From the NCBI GenBank assembly GCA_019058275.1, contig JAHLVW010000061.1:1-64000 (forward strand): a stretch of 64,000 nt of DNA. Reading direction: 5' to 3'. The translations under genes and the position numbers were made by a program. This document shows, piece after piece, positions 39,986 through 50,535 of this stretch (within the stretch, counting starts at the first letter, position 1; the number at the start of each line of letters is the position of its first letter). The DNA comes from Candidatus Heimdallarchaeota archaeon (lineage in GTDB: Archaea > Asgardarchaeota > Heimdallarchaeia > JABLTI01). Under the pieces are notes generated by a model. That model was not told where the DNA came from. It ran no database searches and worked only from the letters and a program-made list of their open reading frames with translations.

Positions 39986-41263
39986 TTATGGTGAAAAATA
40001 GGTAATAACACCTTTTTCAACCATTACTTTTCCATCTTTAATTACATGTGAAAAATTCTTAGGATTTTCGATTATTGTTATGTCTTCTAGTGGATTCTTA
40101 TTGCAAATGACAATGTCAGCAATTTTTCCTTTTTCAATAACACCAATCTTATCATCCAGATGAACACATTTCGCACCAACAATTGTAGCAGCTTGTAGAG
40201 CTTGACTTGGAGTCATTCCTACGTTTTCCACCATGTATTTTACTTCTGATCCTGTTCTTCCATGATAATTACCAGGTGTCCCAGCATCTGTTCCTACAGT
40301 AACTTGTACTCCCCTTTCAAAAGCTATTTTGTGGCTATTCATTTGTGATTTTGAAGTCTCTTTTGTTTTAACTTGTACTTCAGGTGGCATTTGTTCCAAA
40401 ATACCTGATTCTAGCAAATGTATAAGTGCTGCTTGAGTTGGAACAAGAAATGATCCTTTCTTTTTCATTAAATCAGCTGTTTCTTCATCTAGAAAACTTC
40501 CATGTTCAATGGTATCAATTCCAGCCTTCACAGCTCGATATATACCTTCTAAACCATGTGCATGGCTAGCAACATGCATACCAATTCTGTGCGCTTCTTC
40601 TACCATTCCTTCAAGTTCTTCATCAGTGAAAAGGCTGGTTCCAAGTTTAGATTCCATACCATGCAGTACTCCACCAGTTGTGAGAGTCTTTATGAAATCT
40701 GCACCTGCACGTTTTCTATCACGAACAGCATGCTTTACACCAACTACTCCAGCTTTTACTTCACCAATTTGTCTATAGTAAGCAAGCATAAAATCTGGTG
40801 CTATTGCTTCTTGGTTCCCCCATTGAGCTACCCCATTATCAGCAACAACTAATCTTGGTCCTGCAAGAAGACCCATTTCTAGAATTCTTCTCAAAGAAGC
40901 AATCCAACCAGGTGATGAACCGCAATCTCGTACACATGTAAAACCACTAGCAAGCTGTTTCTGAGCATTATTCAAAGCAATAAAACACCACATACTTGTT
41001 TTTGTTCTCATGTACTCTCTTTCATATTGTGGATCACCTGTTGCTTCTAAATGAACATGGCTTTCAACCATTCCAGGAAGAATTGTCTTCCCAGCTGCTT
41101 TTATTATTTGATCATTTTTCTCTTTTTCAAATGACCCATCATCTCCAACCCATACAATTTTCTTCCCTTCAATAACAATAGTCTTATTTTCAGCTATTGT
41201 TCCTTTCAGAGAATCAAAAACATTACCAGATTGTATTATTAATCTCCCGTTTTTAGGTGCCAA
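39986..41263 (-). CDS. Metal-dependent amidohydrolase
   Basis: PGMVESHVH, SGFT.VRD, IK, HAHG, IEHG, GTDAG. Confidence 0.92.
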   Translation of the reverse strand: MAPKNGRLIIQSGNVFDSLKGTIAENKTIVIEGKKIVWVGDDGSFEKEKNDQIIKAAGKTILPGMVESHVHLEATGDPQYEREYMRTKTSMWCFIALNNAQKQLASGFTCVRDCGSSPGWIASLRRILEMGLLAGPRLVVADNGVAQWGNQEAIAPDFMLAYYRQIGEVKAGVVGVKHAVRDRKRAGADFIKTLTTGGVLHGMESKLGTSLFTDEELEGMVEEAHRIGMHVASHAHGLEGIYRAVKAGIDTIEHGSFLDEETADLMKKKGSFLVPTQAALIHLLESGILEQMPPEVQVKTKETSKSQMNSHKIAFERGVQVTVGTDAGTPGNYHGRTGSEVKYMVENVGMTPSQALQAATIVGAKCVHLDDKIGVIEKGKIADIVICNKNPLEDITIIENPKNFSHVIKDGKVMVEKGVITYFSP

Positions 41264-41514
41264 AATATCATTCTTCCCAAATTTTGTCCAGAGTAAGATT
41301 ATCGATATTTTTTAAAAACCTTGTTGCAAATGAGAGAGTTGCTTTTTGTTTCTATAATTTACAATAGGTATTAGATAAAGGAACATTTTTGCTCCAAGTT
41401 TTGTTTAAAACATAAATAGAATCAAACTTATTTATATGAAAGATTTACAAGTCTAGAATTGAATTTATTTTTCGATTCTCAGGTGATAGGACTTGTTAAC
41501 ATTCATAATCTAAA

Positions 41515-42225
41515 TTAGTATGTCAAAGATTGAATTACTTGCTTGGGTTCAATATTATTGATCATTAAAAGCAGTTCAGTGCATACTGCTAATAATACAG
41601 CAACAACTGCAAGATTTACTGCATCACTGAAGATTGACCAGAAAATATCTGTATTAAATAGAACGATAATATTTACTACTATATCAATTAGAACAAACAG
41701 ACCTAACACAAATGGTGCAATTGCCAAACGACTATTCATTCCTTGATATACTTTCATTTTGTCTAATGTAAAACCAATAATGAGAAAAATCGCAGCAAGA
41801 ATCAATGATAATATAATTAAAACTCCTAGTGAAATATAAATCATATATCCTGCAGATGGTCTAATTGTTCCTATGACTATTATGAGGATAACATCAATTA
41901 CTAAAATGATTATGTAAGTAAATGCTAATTGTTGGATAATGTTCCTTCCAGTTACTGATTTAAATTTAAAAAATGAACTAAATTTGGAAACACCTATTGA
42001 TAGGAGAATTAAAGCTGTCAATATTATTGCTAGTGAAACCCAATAGAAGATTGTAAACATATAAGGAATTCCTGACAAATCAGCAAGGCTGAAAGCATAA
42101 TAAACACTTGTAATAGCTGCATATACCATAAAAATAATTAGGCTAATTCTTAGCTGGCTTAAACTCCTTTGAAAAGCTGGTTCGACTACTGTTCGTATAA
42201 TTACTTCTTGTTCTTCTACTGACAG
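41515..42225 (-). CDS. Hypothetical 6-TM membrane protein; probable CTG start
   Basis: Frame is open 96 nt upstream of ATG 42129, to a CTG 7 nt after GGAGG. Confidence 0.7.
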   Translation of the reverse strand: MSVEEQEVIIRTVVEPAFQRSLSQLRISLIIFMVYAAITSVYYAFSLADLSGIPYMFTIFYWVSLAIILTALILLSIGVSKFSSFFKFKSVTGRNIIQQLAFTYIIILVIDVILIIVIGTIRPSAGYMIYISLGVLIILSLILAAIFLIIGFTLDKMKVYQGMNSRLAIAPFVLGLFVLIDIVVNIIVLFNTDIFWSIFSDAVNLAVVAVLLAVCTELLLMINNIEPKQVIQSLTY

Positions 42226-42447
42226 AGTTTACCCTCCACAATTAATTATTTTTAGGAATTTATAAACTTAATCAGTGCAAGTTTTCAGCCATTAATTGTC
42301 AATTGATAAATTGATTATTGTTACAATTCACAATTACATACTTTGAATAATAATAGTAACGTTTCAAAAATAAAAAACTAAAAATAATACTTTTTAATAA
42401 GAAAAATTCAAATCTTAATTAGCTATTTATTTTATGAGTGGTTCTCT

Positions 42448-42774
42448 TTGGTTAAACATCCCAAGTATCAAGCAATGGATGATGCACGTCAAGATGTAAT
42501 ACCAATAGCTTTCAAAGAATTTTGTAGAGATGATTTTAAACTGAATAGGAATGATCCCTACATTTCTAAAAACTCAGAAGATAAACCTATCGGTCCACGC
42601 CCAAGACCTACATTTGAGGTTGTAAACAAAGAAAATAAGAGTGTTGCCATTTTTTATCCTAATGGTTATTCAGAATGTTTTGATAAATTCTTTAGAGAAA
42701 TTTTTGATAAAATAGTTCAAAGGATAGAGGAAGCAGCAAATTTAGCACTAAAAGAATATGAAGGTTTGAGATAG
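42448..42774 (+). CDS. Hypothetical protein
   Basis: 108-aa ORF. A paralogous C-terminus at 44682-44753 supports coding status. Confidence 0.7.
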   Translation: MVKHPKYQAMDDARQDVIPIAFKEFCRDDFKLNRNDPYISKNSEDKPIGPRPRPTFEVVNKENKSVAIFYPNGYSECFDKFFREIFDKIVQRIEEAANLALKEYEGLR

Positions 42775-42908
42775 TTCTTTTTCGACGAAATTATTCAGAT
42801 TTTTAATGGAAAAGACAAGAATTTAGAGATAATTAGGTAAAACGAATCTTTAAAAACTATGCTGAGATTAAATTTTTAATTGAAGTAGTTTTCCTAAGTG
42901 GTGATAAA

Positions 42909-44054
42909 ATGTCTAAGTTCAAGAAAGGTTTAGAGGGAATAATTGCACTTGAAACAGAAATTTCGTATATCGATGGAGAAAAAGGCATATTAGAGTACCG
43001 TGGACATAGAATTGAAAAATTAGCTGAGTTGTCTTATGAAGAAGTAGTTCATTTATTACTCTATGATAAACTACCAAACACTGAAGAGCTAAATGAGTTT
43101 TTTAATAAGACAAAAGTGATAAGAGAATTAGATGTTCGTACTAAGGAAGTCATTCATTATCATAATTTCAATATTGAAGCAATGGATGCACTGATGACAG
43201 CATTGGCTCATATATCTCAAGGAGATCCTGATTTAAATGTTAATACTCCAGAAGCAAATATTAGAAAAGCTCTTAGATTAATCGCAAAAGCTCCTACTAT
43301 TGTTGCTTATTATCAAAGAATACATGAGGGTAAGGAAATTGTTAAACCAAACGAGCTTTTACCTCACTGTTCAAACTTTTTATACATGCTTCGAGGGGAG
43401 GTACCAACAAAACTTGAATCAAAAATACTGGATCTAGATTTTATTCTAAGTACTGAGCATGAATTGAATGCTTCTACTTTTGCAGTCAGAGTAACTGCAT
43501 CAACATTATCAGATATTCATTCAGCTGTCATCTCAGGAATTGGAACATTAAAAGGTGTCCTACATGGTGGCGCACGTTTAGCGGTTATGAATATGCTCGA
43601 TGAAATTGGTTCACCAAAGAAGACTGAAGAATATATTATGAACATGATAAATACCAAACAAAGAATAATGGGTTTTGGTCATAGAGTTTATAGAGTGGTT
43701 GATCCAAGAGCAAATATCTTTAGAGATCTAGCTAAGAAAATAGCAGAAGAGAAAAAAGACATGAAATGGTATGATATGGCAACAAAAATTGAAGAAGTTG
43801 TCACAAGAGAACTTGTAGAAAAACAAGGAAAACCAATCTACATGAATGTTGATTTCTATTCAGGGGTAATTTACAAATATCTTGAAATTCCACCAAAACT
43901 AGCAACAGCAATTTTTGCATTAGGACGTATAACAGGGTGGTTGGCTCACGCAATGGAACAATACTCAGATAATCGATTAATCAGACCTAGAGCTAAATAC
44001 ATTGGAGAACACCATTCACAAGATAAAGAAATTTCCAAATTGACTAAAGATTGA
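42909..44054 (+). CDS. gltA: Citrate synthase (type I / 2-methylcitrate synthase family)
   Basis: KGLEG, EHELNAST, LHGGA, MGFGHRVY, NVDFYSG, LIRP. Confidence 0.95.
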   Translation: MSKFKKGLEGIIALETEISYIDGEKGILEYRGHRIEKLAELSYEEVVHLLLYDKLPNTEELNEFFNKTKVIRELDVRTKEVIHYHNFNIEAMDALMTALAHISQGDPDLNVNTPEANIRKALRLIAKAPTIVAYYQRIHEGKEIVKPNELLPHCSNFLYMLRGEVPTKLESKILDLDFILSTEHELNASTFAVRVTASTLSDIHSAVISGIGTLKGVLHGGARLAVMNMLDEIGSPKKTEEYIMNMINTKQRIMGFGHRVYRVVDPRANIFRDLAKKIAEEKKDMKWYDMATKIEEVVTRELVEKQGKPIYMNVDFYSGVIYKYLEIPPKLATAIFALGRITGWLAHAMEQYSDNRLIRPRAKYIGEHHSQDKEISKLTKD

Positions 44055-44100
44055 AAGGAATTTAGTACCAACAATCAAAATCATTATGGGAAATATGCTA

Positions 44101-44587
44101 TTAAAGATCCTCTTTACAAACCGGACAAAGAGGATTTTTTCTCAACCATTCTAAAATATGATCATTGATGAAATAATGAAGCACATCTTGGACATTCAAT
44201 GACTATATGACCTTCTTTTATAGGTTTTCTACAGATTTCACATGTATGTTTTTCACGATCTCCAAGAAAAACTTTAGGTTCTATTACTAACTTGAAAATT
44301 TCTTCTGGTTTCTCACTTTCTACAACATCTTGTATCAAATCATCATATTCAGTTTGATAATATCTTTCCTCTCTTCTTTTCTTGATTCTTTGAACAATTA
44401 TTGCGAATAATCCACTTAGAGCTACAAAAGCAAAAGGACCAATTATTCTTAACGATAAAATCAATGGAACAGAATTAACCCGATCAGTACTAAATGTAAT
44501 GATAAGTAGGGTTATAAAAGCAATTATGCTTATACACATCAGTATTACTAAAACAATAGCAATGCTTCTAGACTTTCTATCACCCAT
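44101..44587 (-). pseudogene. Two-TM protein with C-terminal RING finger; frameshift near 44163
   Basis: CEIC..CPRC...FHQ; removing one base gives DHILEWLRKNPLCPVCKEDL*. Confidence 0.8.
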
Positions 44588-44681
44588 TTCCTAACCCTAG
44601 CATTTCTTATGTAATATGCTATTTAAAACTATAGAAAAACAACTAGCTTTCAGTTTAATAATAACTTTCCTCTTTTAGCTA

Positions 44682-44753
44682 TACTTTGAAAGAATGGTTA
44701 AAGAAATAGAGAATGCAGCTCAAGAAGCATTAACAGAATATAAGGGACATTAG
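44682..44753 (+). pseudogene. Orphan 3' remnant paralogous to 42448-42774
   Basis: YFERMVKEIENAAQEALTEYKGH* versus IFDKIVQRIEEAANLALKEYEGLR*. Confidence 0.65.
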
Positions 44754-44929
44754 ATAAAGGGAATGGTCATTTTTCTAAATCTACTGTAGTTTTTAACCTT
44801 TTTTTCTCATGATTTGAATCTTTTGATTTAATATTTTTTTCATCATCGTTTAGTTTTAAAACGAAATGTTATTGTTTAGAAAAATAGAGAAAATTGTGAA
44901 GAAATGAATCTTCACTAACTGTATCAATA

Positions 44930-45793
44930 TTATTTAATTAGGTCTTCCCAACCAGTAAGGTTGAGTTGTAAGCCAAGTGTTTCTTTATCCATTCCTAAAG
45001 CAAGACCAACATATTGAGAAAGATACATTGCTGGTAGTTTAACATCTTTACCAATTACTTTCCCTGCAACATCTTGGGAAGCTCCGAGTTGTTTATGACA
45101 GAATGGACAAATATTGCAGATACTGTTATAACCTCGTTGTTTCATAATGTGAATTTTTCCACCAGATTCAGACAAGGCTGTTTCAGCTTCAATACCAATA
45201 ATCGTTGCTGCGCAACAATCAAGAAGTTCCGGATAATTTGGTGATTTAGCTCCAAGTGTTTCAAGAATTTCTTGCATTTTAGTTGGTTTCTCAGCATCAG
45301 CTGGACGAGGAATCAAAGGTGGACGAATTATATGACATCCATAATGAGTAGCTGTTATTAGACCTTTAAGTTTCTTCTTAACACTTTTCTTGAGCTTCTC
45401 CAATCCAATATCATCGTATAAAATTGTTAGAATATTACGAACTGGTAGTGCTGATTCAAATTGCAATCCTTCTTTTGCTAAAGCTTTGTTTACTTTCTCT
45501 TTTAAATCAGCATGATGTTCAAGTTCATGTGCTAATTCACTTAGAGAAAGATCACATCCATTACAAATTGTTGCTATTGCATCGTATCCTTGAGCTTTTG
45601 CTAATACATGAATTCTTGCTGCTAAGAATGCCCACATTTCGTGTTTTGTTGATTTTATTGGTGTTCCACAGCAATTCTGATCTTCTATATCTTGAAAATC
45701 AATCTCAAAATGCTTCATAACTGCTCGAGCACTAATCTCATTTTCATAGCTGTCAGATTGTGAGGTACATCCGATATAGAAACCATACTTCAT
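44930..45793 (-). CDS. hdrB: Heterodisulfide reductase subunit B
   Basis: Two CCG domains with all ten Cys (GC, NCCG, CNGC; HYGC, DCCA, CPFC). Confidence 0.92.
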   Translation of the reverse strand: MKYGFYIGCTSQSDSYENEISARAVMKHFEIDFQDIEDQNCCGTPIKSTKHEMWAFLAARIHVLAKAQGYDAIATICNGCDLSLSELAHELEHHADLKEKVNKALAKEGLQFESALPVRNILTILYDDIGLEKLKKSVKKKLKGLITATHYGCHIIRPPLIPRPADAEKPTKMQEILETLGAKSPNYPELLDCCAATIIGIEAETALSESGGKIHIMKQRGYNSICNICPFCHKQLGASQDVAGKVIGKDVKLPAMYLSQYVGLALGMDKETLGLQLNLTGWEDLIK

Positions 45794-46329
45794 TTTTCTT
45801 CCTCCGATGCTTTTATCTCGAGCACTTGGTCAGCACCTACTATTTTAAGTGCTTCTTGGAATTTAGCTATATCTTTGATTCCTTTTGGAGGTAAATCAAG
45901 ATCATCTCTTGAAACGAAGTCAAAATCAGTCGTAGTTACTTCTCGTGGTTCTTGTATAGCTCCATAATTCTTTATTGCTTGTATCATTGCAGTCATTGCT
46001 TTTGGTGGAGCAATTCCTCTATTTACTGCGATATTTGTCAGAGAAGCAATTGTAAAAGCCGGAGCAGTATCCATAGGACATCTTGCTCCACAAGTAAAGC
46101 AGTTATAACATTTCCAAAGTATTCCAGATTCAATTATATCATCAATTAATCCCATGGTTGCAGCTATTTGGAATTTATGAGGAGCGAATTCTGAAAAAAC
46201 CTTGTTTGCTGGGCAACCATTTGTACATTTAACACAAGTATAGCAATCTTCTGGTTTTGCATCACTAGAGATTGCTTTAATTTTATTGACTAGCTCTTTA
46301 TCTCTAGAGCTATATTCTATAATATCCAT
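45790..46329 (-). CDS. hdrC: Heterodisulfide reductase subunit C
   Basis: CYTCVKCTNGCP, CYNCFTCGARCP; overlaps hdrB by 4 nt. Confidence 0.92.
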   Translation of the reverse strand: MDIIEYSSRDKELVNKIKAISSDAKPEDCYTCVKCTNGCPANKVFSEFAPHKFQIAATMGLIDDIIESGILWKCYNCFTCGARCPMDTAPAFTIASLTNIAVNRGIAPPKAMTAMIQAIKNYGAIQEPREVTTTDFDFVSRDDLDLPPKGIKDIAKFQEALKIVGADQVLEIKASEEEK

Positions 46330-46343
46330 AAAGTTGCCTCCAG

Positions 46344-46793
46344 TTATTTCTTATTTAGAGGAGCAGGTCCAAGCTCTTTCAATTTCAAGACCATTTCTGT
46401 TATGGTGTTAGCAAATTTATTGCCTTCTCCTGCGGAGATAAACTCCAATCGAAGTCGATCTTTTTCTATACCAAAAGAGTCCATCAATTTATGTAACAAA
46501 TTAACTCTTTTGAATGTCTTATAATTTTGAGCGATGTAGTGACAATCACCTAAATGACAGGCAGCTATTAACACTCCATCAGCACCGTTTTCAAAAGCAT
46601 CGATAACAAACTGGGGGTCAACCCGACCTGAACACATAGTGCGAATAATTCTGACATTGGCAGGATATTTTAACCTTGAGAGTCCTGCCAAATCTGCACC
46701 TGCGTAGCTACACCAATTGCAGCAAAATGCTAGCAAATTGGGTTCAAATGTTTTATCCTTATTTTTTACAACGGTTGTAGTTTTAGAGTTCAT
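46344..46793 (-). CDS. mvhD: MvhD [2Fe-2S] adaptor
   Basis: FCCNWCSYAGAD, MCSGRVDP, ACHLGDCHY. Confidence 0.95.
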   Translation of the reverse strand: MNSKTTTVVKNKDKTFEPNLLAFCCNWCSYAGADLAGLSRLKYPANVRIIRTMCSGRVDPQFVIDAFENGADGVLIAACHLGDCHYIAQNYKTFKRVNLLHKLMDSFGIEKDRLRLEFISAGEGNKFANTITEMVLKLKELGPAPLNKK

Positions 46794-46809
46794 TTAAGGT
46801 CCTCCAAAT

Positions 46810-49800
46810 TTAAGGTGCTGGTGTACTTGATTCTTTAAACGCGTTTTCAATCATAGCTTCGATTTGCTCGTCTGTATAGTGGTTCATTGTTATAGCTCTT
46901 GCAGGGCAAGTAACAGCACATACACCACATCCTTCGCAAAGAATTTCGTTTATATGCGATTTTGTATGACCATCCTCAGTTACAATCAAAGATAAGGCAT
47001 TAAATGCACAGGTTGATATGCATGATCCACATCCTACACAGACGTCTTGATCAATACTAGCTACTATTGATTCTTTTTCTATCGATTTGCTTTTAATAAG
47101 TTTCGCTGATAATGTAGCCGCAGCATATCCTTGTGAAACACTATCAGTAATGTCAATAGGTCCTCTACAAGCTCCGGCAATGAATTTACCAGAAGAAGCT
47201 GTTTCTACTGGAGCAAGTTTGATATGTCTTTCAATAAAGAATCCATCCTTATCCACTGAACAATTTAATAGCTCACCAATTTTTTTGGCATCTTCGTTTG
47301 GTTCCATAGCAGTTTGAAGTATGATTAAATCTGGTTTATATCTGATTGTTTTTCCTAAATCAGCATTATAGATGTCGAAAAACATTTTTCCATCGATATC
47401 TTTTCTGATATCGCTTGGTACGCCTCTTATGAAATTGGCTCCCATTGTTCGAGTCTTATTATATAATTCTTCATAGCCTTTGCCAAATGTTCGTATGTCT
47501 TTATAGAATAACAAAGTATCTACTTCTGAACCAAACTTGTTTTTCATTAAGTATGCGTGCTTAATTGATGCTGTACAACAGTATCTTGAACAGTATTCAT
47601 GATAGTTTTTATCTCTGCTTCCAACACAATTTATGAATGCAATTGTTTTTGGTTTTTTACCAGTTGATGGAACAGATATTATCCCATCTGTAGGACCAGC
47701 TGCATTTGTTAATCGTTCAAATTCCATGCCCGTTAAAATGTCTGGATATTCAGGATCCTTGTAATGGTATTCAAGGATAACGCTTGGGTCGAAAGGCTTG
47801 TAACCTGTTGCAACTATTATTGCTCCAACTTTTTCACGTATTTTCTGAGGTAGTTCATCATGATCAATAGCTTGAGCTTCACAGATATGTAAACATTCAT
47901 TGCAAACACCACAATTAGCACAATACAAACATCGAGTAGCTTCTTCCTTAGCATCTTTCTCAGTGTATGGTTTTACAACTTCTATGTTACAATCTGCTAA
48001 CCTCTGTTCTACTGAAGCTTTTGGTAAAGGTTTTCGTTTAATTTTATTGGCTCTTTCAATAGGTATATCAGTGACTACTTCACCAATACGAACTCTTCCT
48101 TTGTAAATTTGGGAATGCGTATCTGGTACATCTGGTCTCCCAACATACAAATTTTCACCTCGGATATATCTATGTACAGATTCAGCAGCCCATTTTCCAG
48201 AAGCAACTGCTTCAATAACTGATTCTGGGCTATAGTAAAATTCACCACAGCAGAAGATGTGGGGATGAGTATGTGATTGCAAGGTTTTTGTATCAACAAT
48301 CAGTTTACCTTTACTATCAACCATATCTTCAGGGATAATAGTCCTATCAAAATACTGTCCAATAGCAATGAAAACATGATCGAAGTTCTCTTCATATTCT
48401 GAACCTTCAATATAGCTTGCTTTTCTTCTTCCATCTGCACCAGGTTGACCTAATTTTGTTTTTAGTAACTCAGCACCCACTAATTTACCATTTTTGCCAA
48501 TGAATTTTCCAACTTGTACTTGTGGATCTAGAAGAATACCTTCTTCTATTGCATCATCAATTTCCTCTTGATATGATGGCATCTCAGATCTACCACGACG
48601 ATAAAGTAGTTTTACTTCAGAAGCACCAAGACGCTTTGCGACTCTTGCAACATCAATTGCAGTATTTCCTCCTCCAACTATACCAACTTTTCCAGTTAGT
48701 TTTCGGATTTTCTTGTCACAAACATCCTTAAGGAAATTTAAGCCTGGAACTACACCTTTTAGGTCTTCTCCATCAACATGGAGTTCGTAATTTCCTATTG
48801 CACCAGAGGCAACAATTACTGCATCATAGCCTCGTCTTCGCAATAAACCTTTCTTCTTAAGATCGTCGAAAGTTAATTCTTCTTCTTGACCTACTCTAAA
48901 ACCAGTTTTTAGTTCAACTCCTAAATCTAAAATTCTTTGAATCTCATAGTCAAGAACATCTTTTGGTAATCGATAATCGGGAATTGCGTACTGTAATAAT
49001 CCACCTGCTTTTTCTTTCATTTCATAGATAGTAACTTTGTAACCTTTCTTTGCCAACCACCAAGCTGATGCTAAACCTGAAGGACCACCACCTACAATGG
49101 CTACTTTTTCTTTGTATTTCTTTTCAAGTGGTTTTACTTTGGCTTCTTCTAGCATATGTTCTCTTTCATATTCGCAAATGAAATTTTTCAAGGCTCTAAT
49201 TGCTATGGGATCATCAACTTCTCCTCTACCACAAAATTCTTCGCAATGTCCTACACAGATCTTTCCACAGACAGATGGAAATGGATTTTCTTCTCTGATT
49301 AGTTCAAGTGCTTCTTTGTACTTGCCCAATGCTATTAGATTCACATAACCTTGAACATGAATATCAGCTGGACAACCATCTCTACATGGGGGTATGCCTT
49401 TTTTATCTATGATATAACATTGCGGTACAGCTTGTGGGAATGGTATATAGGTTGCTTTATGAGTTGTTATGCCTACATCAAATGTACTAATAATATTCGT
49501 TGGACAATTTTCAGTACATTCACCACATCCAGTACACTTTTCTGGATCAATATATCTTGGCATTTGTAAGATATCTACATCAAAGTTACCTACATATCCT
49601 GAAATATTAATTACTTCAGCATTAGTCATCAATGTAATTCTTGGATGTTCAGCAACTTCAGCCATTTTTGGGGTTAAAATACAAGCAGAGCAATCTTGTG
49701 TTGGAAATGTTTTGTCAAGTTGAGCCATTCTACCACCAATGGTGGGTTCTTTTTCAACTAAGATAGTATCAATTTCGAGATTTGCTAACGCTAGAGCAGA

Positions 49801-50271
49801 TGAAATCCCTGTGATACCTCCACCAATAACTAAAGCTTTTGGAACCCCTGATACAATATTTGGTTCCAAAGGTTGTAAAAGTGCAGCTCTACTAACAGCC
49901 ATCCTCACTAGATCTTTTGCTTTTTGTGTAGCTTTCTCATGATCGTCTGTAACCCAACTTACGTGCTCACGTATATTTGACATCTCAAAAAGATACTTAT
50001 TTAATCCTGCAGCTTGCACAGTTTTTCTAAAAGTTTCTTCGTGCATTCTTGGACTACAAGATGAGACTACAATTCGATTTAAATTATGTTCTTTAATATC
50101 CTCTTGTATCTTTCTTTGACTCGGTTTTGAGCAACTATACTTGAATGTATGGGATTGGACGACATGTGGAAGCTTCTTCGAATATTCTGTTACTTCTACA
50201 CAATTGATTGTTGAGGCTATATTTGAACCACATTTGCAAACATAGACTCCGATTCTTATTTCCTCGCTCAT
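46810..50271 (-). CDS. hdrA: Large HdrA with inserted GltD/NfnB-like NAD(P)H module (HdrL-type)
   Basis: YVCKCG, CSP..HE, QLDKTFPT.DC, CVGSRD..CSRYCC; insert PCRDGCP...CGKIC..CE..C, GGGPSG, GGGNTA. Confidence 0.93.
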   Translation of the reverse strand: MSEEIRIGVYVCKCGSNIASTINCVEVTEYSKKLPHVVQSHTFKYSCSKPSQRKIQEDIKEHNLNRIVVSSCSPRMHEETFRKTVQAAGLNKYLFEMSNIREHVSWVTDDHEKATQKAKDLVRMAVSRAALLQPLEPNIVSGVPKALVIGGGITGISSALALANLEIDTILVEKEPTIGGRMAQLDKTFPTQDCSACILTPKMAEVAEHPRITLMTNAEVINISGYVGNFDVDILQMPRYIDPEKCTGCGECTENCPTNIISTFDVGITTHKATYIPFPQAVPQCYIIDKKGIPPCRDGCPADIHVQGYVNLIALGKYKEALELIREENPFPSVCGKICVGHCEEFCGRGEVDDPIAIRALKNFICEYEREHMLEEAKVKPLEKKYKEKVAIVGGGPSGLASAWWLAKKGYKVTIYEMKEKAGGLLQYAIPDYRLPKDVLDYEIQRILDLGVELKTGFRVGQEEELTFDDLKKKGLLRRRGYDAVIVASGAIGNYELHVDGEDLKGVVPGLNFLKDVCDKKIRKLTGKVGIVGGGNTAIDVARVAKRLGASEVKLLYRRGRSEMPSYQEEIDDAIEEGILLDPQVQVGKFIGKNGKLVGAELLKTKLGQPGADGRRKASYIEGSEYEENFDHVFIAIGQYFDRTIIPEDMVDSKGKLIVDTKTLQSHTHPHIFCCGEFYYSPESVIEAVASGKWAAESVHRYIRGENLYVGRPDVPDTHSQIYKGRVRIGEVVTDIPIERANKIKRKPLPKASVEQRLADCNIEVVKPYTEKDAKEEATRCLYCANCGVCNECLHICEAQAIDHDELPQKIREKVGAIIVATGYKPFDPSVILEYHYKDPEYPDILTGMEFERLTNAAGPTDGIISVPSTGKKPKTIAFINCVGSRDKNYHEYCSRYCCTASIKHAYLMKNKFGSEVDTLLFYKDIRTFGKGYEELYNKTRTMGANFIRGVPSDIRKDIDGKMFFDIYNADLGKTIRYKPDLIILQTAMEPNEDAKKIGELLNCSVDKDGFFIERHIKLAPVETASSGKFIAGACRGPIDITDSVSQGYAAATLSAKLIKSKSIEKESIVASIDQDVCVGCGSCISTCAFNALSLIVTEDGHTKSHINEILCEGCGVCAVTCPARAITMNHYTDEQIEAMIENAFKESSTPAP

Positions 50272-50535
50272 TCAATAAAATCTCCGAAGATTGAAAGTAT
50301 TTAATTAGTCGGCAATATAGTGTAAATAACTTATTAAAATGGTTAACGGTTGATTCGATACAAATTCAGTTTCTATTAATTTTCGAATTTTTATTCAAAA
50401 AATCAAACATTTTTAGAAGTATCATATTTTTTTAAAGACGCAAGATTATTATTAAAGTAAAAGAATGTTTTTCAGATTTTAGACAAGACTTTATCTCATA
50501 ATTTACAAGTCATTATAACTATTACAACTACAGGA

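Noticed and set aside
44930-50271. Selenocysteine in HdrA/MvhD
   Set aside because: The positions that are Sec in some archaea (DCSAC in HdrA; CCNWC and CHLGDC in MvhD) are ordinary Cys codons, and the ORFs are uninterrupted.
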